Source: Malacoraja senta (taxonomy: Eukaryota). Taken from it: a stretch of 64,000 bases of DNA. The stretch covers positions 6,264,001 to 6,328,000 of the forward strand of contig CM075995.1 in assembly GCA_038087875.1 (NCBI GenBank). The letters are read 5' to 3'. Both the position numbers and the translations under genes were made by a program. Each line of letters starts with the position of its first letter. The first letter of the stretch is position 1. Positions 23,209-37,235 of the stretch are shown piece after piece. Under the pieces are notes generated by a model. That model was given only the letters and a program-made list of their open reading frames with translations, ran no database searches and was not told the origin of the DNA.

Positions 23209-26200
23209 TAAAAATTATAGGTTATAGGTTCATAATTAAAAATAGTAGTAAAATGGATTTTCCAACATACTTTGTAAAAAATGACAATTCAATTATTGAA
23301 AATACAGAGGACATTGCTAATGAGTTGAATGATTTCTTTGTTAATGTAGGCCCAAATTTGGCAAAGGAAATTAACCTTCCTAGAGATGAAAACATAAATT
23401 TTGATTTGAACTTAACAACAGCAATTCAATGTTCCTTGTTGGAGCTTGTGAGAGTGACATGTTAGAAGTAGTCAGAAAGTTTAAGGATTAAAAAATCAAC
23501 TGATGGTAACACCATTGATATGTCACTTATAAATGAAGTAATTGATTGTGTCCTCGAGCCCTTTACCTATATATGCAATAAATCCTTTCTAAAAGGTGTT
23601 TTTCCCAATAAAATGAAAATGGCTAAGGTGGTTCCAATGTATATAAATGGTGACAAACATATTGTATCAAATTATAGACCTGTGTCTTTGCTACCTCAAT
23701 TTTCTAAAATACTTGAAAAGCTATTTGTGAATAGACTTGATGACTTCATTGAGAAATATGAGTTATTGAGTGATCATCAATATGGGTTTAGGAGTAATCG
23801 ATCGACATCTTTAGCGTTGATGGATTTTGTAGAAAATATAGCAACAGCAATAGATAAGAAACTACACACTGTGGGTGTATTTATTGATTTACGTAAAGCA
23901 TTTGATACAATTGATCATTCCTTACTTTTGCAGAAATTGGAACGTTATGGTATAAGAAGTGTCACACAAAATTGGTTGGGAAGTTATTTAAGTAATAGGT
24001 TTCAGTATGTAAAAATTAATAATACTGAATCACAGCTTAGAAGAGTAACCTGTAGTGTTCCACAAGGTTCGTGTTCCACAAGTAATTTATACTTTATTTA
24101 AATGATATTTGTAAAGTATCCAAGACGATGAAGTTTGTTACGTTTGCGGATGATACAAATGTATTTTGTTCAGGGAATGATATAAAAGAACTATTGAAAA
24201 CAGCAGAAAGAGAATTGATAGTGCTAAAAAAATGGTTTGATATTAATAAATTATCCCTAAATGAAAATAAAACAAAATTTATGGTGTTTGGTGGTGACAG
24301 GGTTAATTGTGAAATAAAATTGAATTTAAATGGAGTTGAAATTGAAAGAGTATATCAAACAATATTCCTGGGAGTGATTATAGATCATAAACTTTGTTGG
24401 AAGCCACATATAGAATACATCAAACGGAAATTATCTAAATCCATTGCTATTCTTTACAAAACAAAGGATCTGTTGAATAAGAAGTGTTTGTATATATTGT
24501 ATTGCTCGCTTATAATGCCATATATGTCATATTGTGTTGAAGTTTGGGGAAATGTATATAAAACAAATATAGACCCTATAATTAAACTCCAGAAAATAGC
24601 TATTAGAATAATACATAAAGGTTCAGAGGGAGGAGCTACACCCGAGCGGTAGGAGTTAAAGTGGAGCGCGGGGCTTGCTTCTTACAGAGGCCCGAGAGCC
24701 GTTGGAGCGGTCGCAGAGGGAGGAACAAAAGTTCCAAGTTCCACTCGCACTTCAAAAACAAGTGGGCTTAAGGAAGCCGCTGATTGGTGGAAGCAGACAA
24801 GAGGGAGCAGCTGATTGGGAGTCAGATCCCTGCTGATTGTACTGTATTGTAGCAGTTTGTTTTGTATTGTAGCAGTTTGTTTTGTATTGTATCCTAGGTA
24901 AGGGGAGTATGAGGGCCAGGGCAGTTTACTGTTCTGGATGTCAGATGTGGGAAGTCATGGAGTCTGATAGCCCTCCAGACGTCCACATCTGCGCCAGGTG
25001 TATCGAGATGGGGCTCCTAAGGGACCGTATTAGGAACCTGGAGCAGCAGCTCGATGACCTCCGTCTGGTCAGGGAGAGCGAGGAAGTCATTGAGAGTTAC
25101 AGGGAGGTGGTCACTCCAATACCACAGGAGGCAGGCAAGTGGGTCACGGTTGGGAGAGGCAAGGGGCACAGGCAGGGACTAGAGAGTACCCCTGTTTGAG
25201 CACTGTTGGGGGGGACAGCCTACCTGGGGGTAGCAACAGCGGCCGGGCCTCCGGTACAGAGACTGGTCCTGTTGCTCAGAAGGGTAAGGAAAAGAAGAGG
25301 AGGGCAATACTAATAGGGGACTCTATAGTTAGGGGGTCAGACAGGCGATTCTGTGGACGCAGTCGGGAGACCTGGATGGTAGTTTGCCTCCCTGGTGCCA
25401 GGGTCTGTGATGTGTCTCAACGTGTCCAAGATATCCTGAAAGGGGAGAGGAGCCCGAGGTCGTGGTACATATAGGTACCAATGACATAGGTAAAAAAAGA
25501 GAAGAGGTCCTGAAAGGAGAATTTAGGGAGTTAGGAGGGGAGTTAAAAAGAAGGACAGCAAAGGTAACAATCTCGGGATTAATGCCTGTGCCACGCGACA
25601 GTGAGAGTAGGAATGGAGCGAGGTGGAGGATAAATGCGTGGCTGAAGGACTGGTGCAGAGGGCAGGGATTCAAATTTCTGGATCATTGGGACCTCTTTTG
25701 TGGAAGGTGCGACCTGTACAAAAAGGATGGGTTGCACTTGAACCTGAGGGGGACCGATATCCTGGCGGGGAGATCTGCAAAGGCTACTGGGGAGACTTTA
25801 AACTAGAATGGTTGGGGGAGGGACTCAAATAGAGAAAGCTATTAGACAGTGTGTGAGGCAGAAGGCAGAGAAGGAAAGCACTCAGACCCAACATGTAGTG
25901 GGGAAAGAAGAAAACAATAATAAACAGAGAATAAGGGGTGGTGGGGTTCTTAAATGGGTGAGCAGAGAAACAGAGGGGTGTAAAATGCGGGCGGAAGCAA
26001 TAGGTAGCAAGGTGAAAAGTAAAAGTGGCAGGCAGACAAATCCAGGGCAAAAATCAAAAAGGGCCACTTTTCAACATAATTGTATAAGGGGTAAGAGCGT
26101 TGTAAAAACAAGCCTGAAGGCTTTGTGTCTCAATGCAAGGAGCATTCGTAATAAGGTGGATGAGTTGAACGTGCAGATAGCTATTATTGATTATGATATA

Positions 26201-29200
26201 GTTGGGATCACGGAGACATGGCTCCAGGGTGACCAAGGCTGGGAGCTGAACATCCAGGGATATTCAATATTCAGGAGGGATAGAGAGAAAGGAAAAGGAG
26301 GTGGGGTAGCGTTGCTGGTTAGAGAGGAGATTAACGCAGTGGAAAGGAAGGACATTAGCTTGGAGGATGTGGAATCGGTATGGGTAGAGCTGCGAAACAC
26401 TAAGGGGCAGATAACGCTGGTGGGTGTTGTGTACAGGCCACCTAGCAGTAGTAGTGAAGTTGGGGATGGCATCAAACAGGAAATTAGAAATGCGTGCAAC
26501 AAAGGCAAAACAGTTATAATGGGTGACTTCAATCTACATATAGATTGGGTGAATCAAATTGGCAGGGGTGCTGAGGAAGAGGATTTCTTGGAATGTATGC
26601 GAGATAGTTATCTAAACCAACATGTAGAGGAACCAACGAGAGAGCAGGGTATTCTAGACTGGGTATTGAGTAATGAGGAAGGGTTAGTTAGCAGTCTTGT
26701 TGTTCGTGCCCCCTTGGGCAAGAGTGACCATAATATGGTTGAGTTCTTCATTAAGATGGAGAGTGACATTGTTAATTCAGAAACAACGGTTCTGAACTTA
26801 AAGAAAGATAACTTTGAGGGTATGAGACGTGAATTGGCCAAGATTGACTGGCAATTAGTTCTAAAAGGGTTGACGGTGGATATGCAATGGAAGGCATTTA
26901 AAGACTGCATGGATGAACTACAAAAATTGTTCATCCCAGTTTGGCAAAAGAATAAATCAGGGAAGGTAGTGCATCCGTGGATAACAAGGGAAATCAGGGA
27001 TAGTATCAAAGCAAAAGATGATGCGTACAAATTAGCCAGAAAAAGCAGCATACCAGAGGACTGGGAGAAATTCAGAGACCAGCAGAGGAGGACAAAGGGC
27101 TTAATTAGGAAAGGGAAAATAGATTATGAAAGAAAACTGGCAGGGAACATAAAAACTGACTGCAAAATGTTTATAGATATGTGAAGAGAAAGAGATTAGT
27201 TAAAACAAATGTAGTCCCTTGCAGTCAGAAACAGGTGAATTGATCATGGGGAACAAGGATATGGCGGACCAATTGAATAACTACTTTGGTTCCGTCTTCA
27301 CTAAGGAAGACATAAATAATCTGCCGGAAATAGCAGGGGACCGCGGGTCAAAGGAGATGGAGGAACTGAGTGAAATCCAGTTTAGTCGGGAAGTGGTGTT
27401 GGGTAAATTGAATGGATTAAAGACCGATAAATCACCAGGGCCAGATAGGCTGCATCCCAGAGTACTTAAGGAAGTAGCTCCAGAAATAATGGGTGCATTA
27501 GTGATAATTTTTCAAAACTCTTTAGATTCTGGAGTAGTTCCTGAGGATTGGAGGGTAGCAAAAGTAACCCCACTTTTTAAGAAGGGAGGGAGAGAGAAAA
27601 CGGGGAATTACAGACCAGTTAGTCTAACATCAGTAGTGGGGAAACTGCTAGAGTCAGTTATTAAAGATGGGATAGCAGCACATTTGGGAAGTGGTGAAAT
27701 CATTGGACAAAGTCAGCATGGATTTACGAAAGGTAAATCATGTCTGACGAATCTTATAGAATTTTTCAAGGATGTAATTAGTAGAGTGGATAGGGGAGAA
27801 CCAGTGGATGTGTTGTATCTGGACTTTCAGAAGGCTTTCGACAAGGTCCCACATAAGAGATTAGTATACAAACTTAAAGCACACGGTATTGGGGGTTCAG
27901 TATTGATGTGGATAGAGAACTGGCTGGCAAACAGGAAGCAAAGAGTAGGAGTAAACGGGTCCTTTTCACAATGGCAGGCAGTAACTAGTGGGGTACCGCA
28001 AGGCTCAGTGCTGGGACCCCAGCTATTTACAATTTATATTAATGAACTGGATGAGGGAATTGAAGGCAACATCTCCAAGTTTGCGGATGACACTAAGCTG
28101 GGGGCCAGTGTTAGCTGTGAGGAGGATGCTAGGAGACTGCAAGGTGACTTGGATAGGCTGGGTGAGTGGGCAAATGCACGGCAGATGCAGTATAATGTGG
28201 ATAAATGTGAGGTTATCCACTTTGGTGGCAAAAACAGGAAAACAGACTATTATCTAAATGGTGGCCGATTAGGAAAAGGGGAGATGCAGCGAGGCCTGGG
28301 TGTCATGGTACACCAGTCATTGAAAGTAGGCATGCAGGTGCAGCAGGCAGTGAAGAAAGCGAATGGTATGTTAGCTTTCAAAGCAAAAGGATTTGAGTAT
28401 AGGAGCAGGGAAGTTCTACTGCAGTTGTGCAGGGTCTTGGTGAGACCACACCTGGAGTATTGCGTACAGTTTTGGTCTCCAAATCTGAGGAAGGACATTA
28501 TAGCCATAGAGGGAGTGCAGAGAAGGTTCACCAGACTGATTCCTGGGATGTCAGGACTTTCATATGAAGAAAGACTGGATAGACTTGGCTTATATGCGCT
28601 AGAATTTAGGAGATTGAGAGGGGATCTTATAGAAACGTACAAAATTCTTATGGGGTTGGACAGGCTAGATGCAGGAAGATTGTTCCCGATGTTGGGGAAG
28701 TCCAGGACAAGGGGTCACAGCTTAAGGATAAGGGGGAAATCCTTTAAGACCGAGATGAGAAAAAAAGTTTTCACACAGAGAGTGGTGAATCTCTGGTGAA
28801 GAGGGTAGTTGAGGCCAGTTCATTGGCTATATTTAAGAGGGAGTTAGATGTGGCCCTTGTGGCTAAAGGGATCAGGGGGTATGGAGAGAAGGCAGGTACG
28901 GGATACTGAGTTGGATGATCAGCCATGATCATATTGAATGGCGGTGCAGGCTCGAAGGGCCGAATGGCCTACTCCTGCACCTATTTTCTATGTATCTATT
29001 TATCTATGTATAAAGCTTCTTACCGTGTAAGTACAAATCCATTATTCATAAAGTCCAGTACCTTAAATTTTTGGGATATTGTGCATGTAAAGACATTAGA
29101 AATACTTTTCTGAGTTAGGAATAAAAGCCTTCCTGTTAGTATTCAAAAATGTTTTTAATTAAGAGAAGGACATTATAATTTAAGAGGGTTGTGTATTTTT

Positions 29201-29643
29201 GAAACATGTAAAGTGAGAACCAATGTAAAATATAGATGTGTCTCAGTTTTGGGAGTCAAATTATGGAACGGGCTTAGTGATGAGTTGAAATTTTGTAGCT
29301 CTCTGTCGAGTTTCAGAAAAACCTTAAAATGTAAAATAATTAAGGATTATAATGTAAAATTATTAAAATGTAAAATAAGTAAGGATTACAATTTAGAGTA
29401 AATTTTATTTATTTATTTCCTTTGTAATGCTGATATTCTGGGTTATCTTATCTTATGGATTGGATCGGATAGGCAAAAATAAGCTTTGTGGCTTCAGCCT
29501 ATTCCTTTTTCGGTCATTGATTATGTGAACGTTGTGTGAAATGGTTACTGTGTTGGTTCATATTCACACAGATTGTAAAGTTTTGTTCTTTTTAATGTAT
29601 GACCGAAATAAACTATTAATTAATTCATTCATTCATTCATTCA
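23209..29643 (+). mobile_element. Crack/L2-group LINE, 5'-truncated, split by a CR1 insertion (parts 23209-24620 and 29010-29643)
   Basis: NYRPVSLLPQFSKILEK, QYGFR, FIDLRKAFDTIDH and FADDTN motifs. 3' end has AATAAA plus (ATTC)n at 29608-29643. Clade assignment is by recalled similarity. Confidence 0.75.
24621..29009 (+). mobile_element. Essentially full-length CR1 LINE (ORF1 zinc finger/esterase; ORF2 APE-RT, few frameshifts)
   Basis: ORF1 in pieces at 24882-25806; ORF2 at 25808-27184 plus 27219-28799 (YLDFQKAFDKVPH, VPQGSVLGP, FADD). TCTATGTA-type tail. TSD ATAAAG at 24615-24620 / 29010-29015. Confidence 0.95.
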
Positions 29644-29699
29644 ATGGACAACACTAAATCCAGAATTGCCTTTTCTCTGGTCGGCATCATAAAATTTAC

Positions 29700-29907
29700 C
29701 TGTTGAAAATCTTTTGTTGTGCTGGGCTGCTTGCTGTGCACTTTGCTGCAGAATGCTCAAGCAATCACCTAGGCAGCTCATGGTAGCAGCTGAGGTAGCT
29801 TTCAAAAGAAGTAAATCTTGATCCAATGCAGACAGAGGCCCAGAAGATGGAAGAGATTCTATTGAATGAACAAGGTTCTTCAGTTGTCCTTCTGCCTGGC
29901 TCATAAT
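29700..29907 (-). CDS. OSBPL10: OSBPL10 internal coding exon (208 nt)
   Basis: ttttaatag|ATTATGAGC...TCAACAG|gtaaat. Translates to [56 protein letters not shown]..., nearly identical to recalled OSBPL10 [41 protein letters not shown]. Phase 0 to 1. Confidence 0.95.
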
Positions 29908-30624
29908 CTATTAAAAATAGATAAATCATCAATTGATAAGAAAAATAATTACAAGATGATAATAATTGAATTATACTTTGTGTTATTTGTAAATAATGCG
30001 CTTAAAAATATATTGCGGACAAATATTAATAAGTTAAAAAAATTCCTAAAGTTTCCTTGCAGTCTCTGCATTTGAATTGCATTAATAATTAGTAATACAA
30101 GTAGAAACATCCACCTCATATTGTTGATGTCTTGATTTTAAATAGCTTTCTAAGCGATCTTTAAACAGTGCAGTACTATTCTGGTCAATCTCAGTTACCC
30201 AAACACTAGGAGTCCCTTACTTTCAGCTCACCGAGCATCTTTTCCCTGCCTCAGTGCAAAAATAAAGATCAACTGAACTAAAAAATCAAAATAGACTATT
30301 ATCTCATGTCAACTGATCTTCCTCGTGCATTTCAAGATTCGAGAGAGTTTATTGTCATGTGTCCCTGATAGGACAATGAAATTCTTGCTTTGCTTCAGCA
30401 GAACAGAACATAGTAGGCATGACTACTACTAGCAGGCATTTCCGGAGCATTTGTTTATTGTATGCCATTGTGTATACCAGTGCACCTACATTGTGCTACC
30501 TCAGGGTCTTAAGTATGCATGGTAGAAGAATGCTGTATTAAAATTAAAATGGAAACTGAAAATTTACTGTACCCTGAGGTACATGTGAAAATAAACTGAC
30601 CTTGAAACCTTGAGTATTGTGTGC

Positions 30625-31220
30625 AGTTTACATTGGCTACCCTCCAGTCCACAGGAACTGATCCAGAGTCGAGAGAACATTGGAAAATAATCACCAATGC
30701 ATCCACGATTTCTAGGGACACCTGCCTACCAGTGGGGTGGGAGATTGCAACCTTCACGTGGTCCACCCTGTTTCGACATGCAATCAACCCGACGTGCGCA
30801 AACAAGATCAAATAGAACAAGTTGACCTACAACTTTAGGCTGTGCACGTCATACGCAAAAAGAAGAAGTCCCAACAGTTTACCTAACACCATTTCCTGAC
30901 TAATGTGGATTCCCTTATGTTCCTCCCTCCCACAAGATCCTCGGTCCCCTAGTATTTCTGGGAGAATGTTTGTGTCTTCCTCAGTGAAAACAGAACCAAA
31001 GTACTTGTTTAACTGGTCTGCCATTTCCTTGTTTGCCATTATAAATTCACTAGTTTTCTGACTGCAAGGGGCCTAAATTTGTCTTCACTAATCATTTTCT
31101 CTTCACATATTTAAAGAATCAGTTTTACAATCAGATTTTATATTTCCTGCCAGCTTTCTTTAATGCTCTATTTTCCCCCTCTCAATTAACCCCTTTGGCC
31201 TCCTCGGTCGAATTCTAAAT
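30625..31220 (-). mobile_element. CR1 ORF2 fragment containing a short unrelated insert ending in (AAG)n (about 30718-30868, + strand)
   Basis: MANKEMADQLNKYFGSVFT and LEIVDALVIIFQCSLDSG fragments; the insert ends catacgcaaaaagaagaag. Confidence 0.7.
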
Positions 31221-31494
31221 AACCATCTTCAATATCTATGATATCACCTACTTTAATATAATTTGCAAATTTACTAAACATCTCATTTACAAGCACATTA
31301 AAAGCAATACAACAAATAAATTTACGATAAATTACTAGTTATTCCAGGTAAAGTAGACTATGATAATGTAAGTATGTGGTGTAACCGTAGTAGTGCAAAA
31401 TCCATTGTAGTTCAATGCCGTTGTGGCTAGGGTTGGCTGATGGCAAAAGGCTATTTCTGAACCTGGAGAATGTCAGAGAAACTCAGGCCTTTGT

Positions 31495-32314
31495 CAAAGT
31501 CAAATTTATTCGTCACATGCACCTGAAAGTGCAGTGAAATGAATTTGCCAGCAGCGATACACTTAAAAAAAGAACACACAATACACAATAGAATTTAACA
31601 CAAACATCCACCAAAACATTCTTCACTGTGGTGGAAAGCAACAAAGTTCAGTCAGTCCTCCTCCTTGTTCACCCGTGGTCAGGGCCATAAACCCTCCGTA
31701 GTCACCGCTACGGCCGGCCGGATGTACAGGCCCTCTCGTCAGGATAATCCAAACTCCAACGTCGGGACGGTCAATCGGAGCTCCCGAATTGGCACTTTCC
31801 TACCGGGGACCGCGGCTTCAGGATGTTATAGGCCGCAGGCCGGCGGTCGGAGCTCTTCTCCAGTGATCCCCGGCAAGAGATCCCAGACTCCGGATGGTAA
31901 GTCCACTCCACGCCCGCGGCTAGAAGCTCCGCAGACCTCAGCCCCATGATGTCAAAGTCAACAGGCCAGCGATCGGAGCACTCCTGTCTGGCAACCCCCG
32001 GCAAGGGTTCGCCCGCTCCACGATGGAAAAGTCCACGCAGCGCCCGCTGCTCAAGCTCCAGGCCCAACTCCAGGAAAGGCCGCTCCAATCCATGTTGTTA
32101 GGCGCGAGGGAGGCGACATGGAAAAAAAAACGCCTCTCCGTCAAGGAGGCGACCAAAAGCGGTTTCTCCCTCCCCCCCCCCACCACCCCCTACACAAGAC
32201 ATACCGAGAGACACCTAAACTAACATTTGGACACAAAAAAAAAAAAAAAAAAAGTCGAAATAACGAACACGCTTCTGGCAGGGCAGTCGACTCGCAGCGC
32301 CCCCAACCGACCAA
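31495..32314 (-). mobile_element. GC-rich non-autonomous retroposon (SINE-like), copy 1, inserted in a Rex1-like fragment (about 31440-32680)
   Basis: Collinear with 47716-48783, has a LINE-type 3' tail, and an apparent TSD CCTTTGT at 31488-31494 / 32315-32321. Confidence 0.65.
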
Positions 32315-33316
32315 CCTTTGTACATTTTTCCTGATGGTAACAGTGAGATGAAAGTGTGGCCAGAAGGTGTAGATTTAGCTGCCTTCTTGCTTCCTGTAGA
32401 TTCCGCCGATGGATACCTTTGATGGACCGGGCAATGTCCACCACTTCCTGCGCATTCCTTCATTCTTGAGCATTCAAATTACCGAACCATCCCGTGATGC
32501 AACCAAGTATGCTCTCCACCACACAGCTGTAGAAGTTTGACAGATTATTCGGCAACAGGCCAAATATCCTCAAACTTCAGAGGAAGTCCTGGCATTGGTT
32601 AACTTTCTTTGTAATTTCATCAATGTGCTGGAGCCAGGATATTGAAGCTGTTGACTCTCATCAGCGGCATCCTGCCATTGAAAATAGGTGCACGATCTCT
32701 CAGCCTTCCCATTTTGAGTTAGCATTTCAGCACTGTAAATGTACTGACAGCTTGGCCAGAGGCACAGCAAATTGTGGAGTGCCTACCTTTTGGACCAAAT
32801 TCAGAATATTTTTTGGTCTCAAGGATTTGCTGTATCCAATGCATGGGATATCATACTTTCTTGTAATCACATGGAGTAAATCAAATTAACAATAGATTGC
32901 TTCAGTGATGCTGGAGATCTTAGCCAGCATAGTTCATCCACTTGGCAACTCTGGTTGTACATAGCTGCAAATACTTTACAGCCTTTCCTTGGCATTCATT
33001 TACTGGGCTTTGACAAGCTTAGGACAGCTATATTCTTGGAACTGTTTAGTCTCTGCTGGCGCAATAATACATCCTCCTCAAAACAGTGCAGATCTGCTTT
33101 AAACAAAGCAACCTGGATTTAAGAGGAGCTAAACACTCACAATTCAGGCCTGAACACTTGAAAATTATGGGTAAACTGGTCAGTTTTATATCTGCACTTA
33201 CATTAGAAGAGGCAAAGACACAGAACATTTACCCTACATAAATGCATAACTGTTCCATCCAAATTAACTCTTCACAACATCAAATATAATTATTCTCCAT
33301 TAGTTGCCAAACTTAC

Positions 33317-33508
33317 CTCTTTAACATCTAGAAGGCGCCCTGGACATTGAGTCTTGGCACGTCGGGTAATTGCAGGAGACTTATGATGGGTAATAGTGAC
33401 AATTCCTGGTCCACTATGTGTCTGTTGCTTCTGGCTCCCAAGAGGCGCTGAGTTTGATGCTCCAGGGGGAAGTAAAGATAAACTTCTCGCCCTCACTGAA
33501 GGAGTAAC
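33317..33508 (-). CDS. OSBPL10: OSBPL10 internal coding exon (192 nt)
   Basis: tatttgtcgtag|GTTACTCCT...AAAGAG|gtaagt. Translates to VTPSVRARSLSLLPPGASNSAPLGSQKQQTHSGPGIVTITHHKSPAITRRAKTQCPGRLLDVKE; the VTITHHKSPA..RRAK motif is recognisable as OSBPL10. Phase 0 to 0. Confidence 0.93.
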
Positions 33509-34959
33509 CTACGACAAATAATAGTTTAAATATAAATTTCTTCAGCACCAAACTAAATTCCATTTCAATAAATAAACATTGTTAGTCAAAAGACTAACCA
33601 TCAAATACTCCCAGTGCTGCCTTGAGACAAATTAGGCTCCCTTAATAAAATCCCCTCAAATAGAAATATGTGCAAAGCTCCCTCTACACTGTTTCAGCAA
33701 ATACTCCAATAGCAAGTACTGCACAGGATAGAAACAGACTAGACCTCGCTCCACCAAGTTCCATCACTCATTCCCACGTCTGAGTACTGACGCAAAATCA
33801 CTAACTTGAAATATTAACTATGTTTCTTGCCAACAAATACTGCGTTCTCAGTATTTGCAGCAGTCTGTGCTTCCATTTCAGATTTCCAACGTGGGCAGTT
33901 TTTTGTTTAAATCAGTGAGTCAACAGCTATTTCCCTTCATTGAGCTTTTTCAACGACCTGTTCTAAGCACTGTTGTCCAGTTTCTGGGTACCAGATAATC
34001 AGAATCCCATTGCTGATTCTATCAATCAAGCTTGGCCTGAGGCCAATCAAACATTTCTTGCAGGATGTGCCAGAACACAGATGAGGTTAGTGCCCTACAA
34101 GGCTGGAATCCTTTGCTAAATCCTTGAACAGCATCGATGCATGGAGACAACATCTTAAAGTCTATAGTACACCTACACACACACATAAATTAATTTTACT
34201 AGAATACATTCTTTATTAACAAGCTCTCAATAACCCTTCCCCATTTCAAATGTGAAGCATGGCAAGGTCAACTCAGCAAGGATTAATGGGCAGTAGTTGC
34301 AGGGGAAGTTCATCGCGTAAACCATTTTAGAAACTACCGCGACGCAATTGAATTGAATTATGTAGTCAGTTTATATTCATGCTACATGTCGAAAGTTTAG
34401 AGAATTCCAATTCAAACATTTAATACTGAATGTTCTAATCTTGAAACACAGCATTTTGAAATCTATACTTAAAAATACCATAACTTATGTCAATAATCCA
34501 ACTAAATATATTTAATCAGAATGCAACAGTACACAGGACTGATGTTTACAAATGAAAAGGATCAAAATCACTCCGTAACATTGCAGAATTTTTCTGGATG
34601 GGTTGTGATAATCGTAACACTTGATTAGAGGTGTCAGAGGTTATGGGGAGAAGGCGGTAGAATGGGGTTGGAGGAAGAGATAGATCAGCCATGATTGAAT
34701 GGCGGAGTAGACTTGATGGGTCGAATGGCCTAATTCTGCTCCTATCACTTATGATCTTATGAACACTTCCTTCATGAACAGTTCAAATTTCACTAAACCT
34801 CAACATATATTTTGAAAATCAATTTTCTAAGGAACAAAAACTAATTTGAGTTTATAATTCATAGGACAAAAGGTTCAGGACTTCAATTACTGTTCCTCCC
34901 TGGAAAACAAATTTCACCTCCTAATTTTGTTCTGATTTTCCTCTAACAATTCCAAAATA

Positions 34960-36080
34960 TCAACTCATACCTCGACAAAAACCTAGACCCATTACAGTTC
35001 GCTTACCGACACAACAGATCAACGGTGGATGCGATCTCGCTGGCTCTCCACTCCGCTGTGGCCCACTTGGACAACAAAAACTCATATGTCAGGCTGCAGC
35101 TCGGCATTTAATATAATCATCCCCTCCAAGCTAGTTACCAAGCTCCCAGAACTGGGTCTCTGCACATCACTCTGCAACTGGATCCTCGACTTCCTCATTC
35201 ACAGACCACAGTCTGTTCGTATTAGTGGAAATGTGTCGGCCTCGATAACAATCAGCATGGGAGCACCTCAAGGCTGCGTGCTCAGCCCCCTGCTGTACTC
35301 ACTCTATACTCATGACTGCATAGCCGGTCATAGTGCATTCTCCATCATAAAGTTCGCCGACGACACCACTGTTGTGGGACGTATCACTGATGGAGAAGAG
35401 TCAGAGTATAGAAGGGAGATTGACTGACTGACCAAATGGTGCCAGCACAATAACCTGGCTCTCAACACCAGCAAAACCAAGGAACTGATTGTGGACTTCG
35501 GAAGGGGTAGGATGGGGACCCATAGTCCCTTTTATATCAACGGGTCGATGGTGGAAAGGGTCAAGAGCTTCAAATTCCTGGGCGTGCATATTTCCGAAGA
35601 TCTCTCCTGAACAGAACACTGAACCAGAACACTGATGCAATTATAAAGAAAGCACATCAGCGCCTCTACTTCCTGAGAAGATTACGGAGAGTCGGTATGA
35701 CGAGGAGGACTCTCTCGAACTTCTACTGGTTGCATCGTGGCTTGGTTCGGCAACTTGTGCGCCCAGGAGCGGAAAAGACTGCAAAAAGTTGTAAACACTG
35801 CCCAGTCCATCATCAGCTCTGACCTCCCTACCATCGAGGGGATCTACCAGTCGCTGCCTCAAAAAGGCTGGCAGCATCATCAAGGACCCACACCATCCTG
35901 GCCACACACTCATCTCTCCGCTGCCCCCTTCAGGTAGAAGGTACAGGAGCCTGAAATCTGCAACATCCAGGTTCAGGAACAGCTGCTTCCCCTCAGCCAT
36001 CAGACTACTAAACTCAACTCAAACAAAAATCTGAACTTTAATAGCCTATTGCACTTTATATGCTTATTTATGTGTGTGTG

Positions 36081-36111
<31 letters not shown>

Positions 36112-36240
36112 TCAATGGTTTATGGACACACTGATCTGTTCTGTATTTATTTATGCCTACAATATTCTGTTGTGCTGAAGCAAAACAAGAATTTCATTGT
36201 CCCATCTGGGACACATGACAATAAACTCTCTTGAACTTGA
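34960..36240 (+). mobile_element. Rex1/Babar-like LINE 3' portion
   Basis: [29 protein letters not shown] and [12 protein letters not shown] motifs; tail aataaactctcttgaacttgaa; internal (TG)/(TA) microsatellite. Confidence 0.8.
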
Positions 36241-37235
36241 AATATAAAACATGACTGGTTGAAGGATTGTTTAATCCTATAGTGTTATTTCACCATGTTG
36301 GCACCTCAATTTTACCCGATAGATACCTATTGTCTTATGGTGATATTGTAGGGAGGGCAAGCCATGTCTTGAACTTAGTGAAATACATCTCTTGGATTCC
36401 AGTTTTGAGCTGCTAAATCTGTACTAACATTTCCTATTCAGCAAATGGTGGTGTTGCACAACACGACTTTATCACAAGAACTGAACGATAAGGACTCCAA
36501 TCAGCATATAACTGCAACAGTTACATAAGAAAGAAAATCAAATAAGTTCACACGTTGTTCTTCTCACCTGTTGTTCCCCTGGTCTAAAGCAGGTATTTCT
36601 TGGCATTATGGCAAGCTGAGGACATTGCTGCTTCTAGATTCAATAACAAATTGTCCAACTTTATGTAAATTACCAAAACTAGCCATTTCTGCCTGTCATC
36701 CATCTGTGATTTTGGCTCAGTTTTCTGAATATTGCCTACCTTGCTGGACATTTCCATAACCTGTTATTACTAATACTTATCACACACAAAGCAGTGTGAT
36801 GTGCTTATAATTGCCATGTTAACCCAGTTGGTTTCACCCTGCCAGACATATTCATTTTACTCCACCCATGCCCACCTCACTGTCTCTTTAACTGAAAACT
36901 ATTAGTTTTTCTCTTTCCTAGTTCTGACAAAAGAATTTGACCTAAAACATTATCCCTGTTTTTCTTGGCTGAACTGCTGCATGTTTTTGCCCAAATTATA
37001 TGCTATTGTGCTGTTGTTAAAGGAAGGTCTGAGCATTTGAAAGCATCAAACAGAATTCTATGACATATGCTCAAACATAAAATTGTGTAAGAACACAGTT
37101 AGTTGTTTAGCTAAACTGTGGAACAATTCTTCACAAATCACAAGATTTTTTTAAAGAAGATTCAAAACCAGAGCAAGAGCATCTTCTGTAAAACTCTTAC
37201 CATACATAGGCACAACCATATTTAAGAATAGTAAA

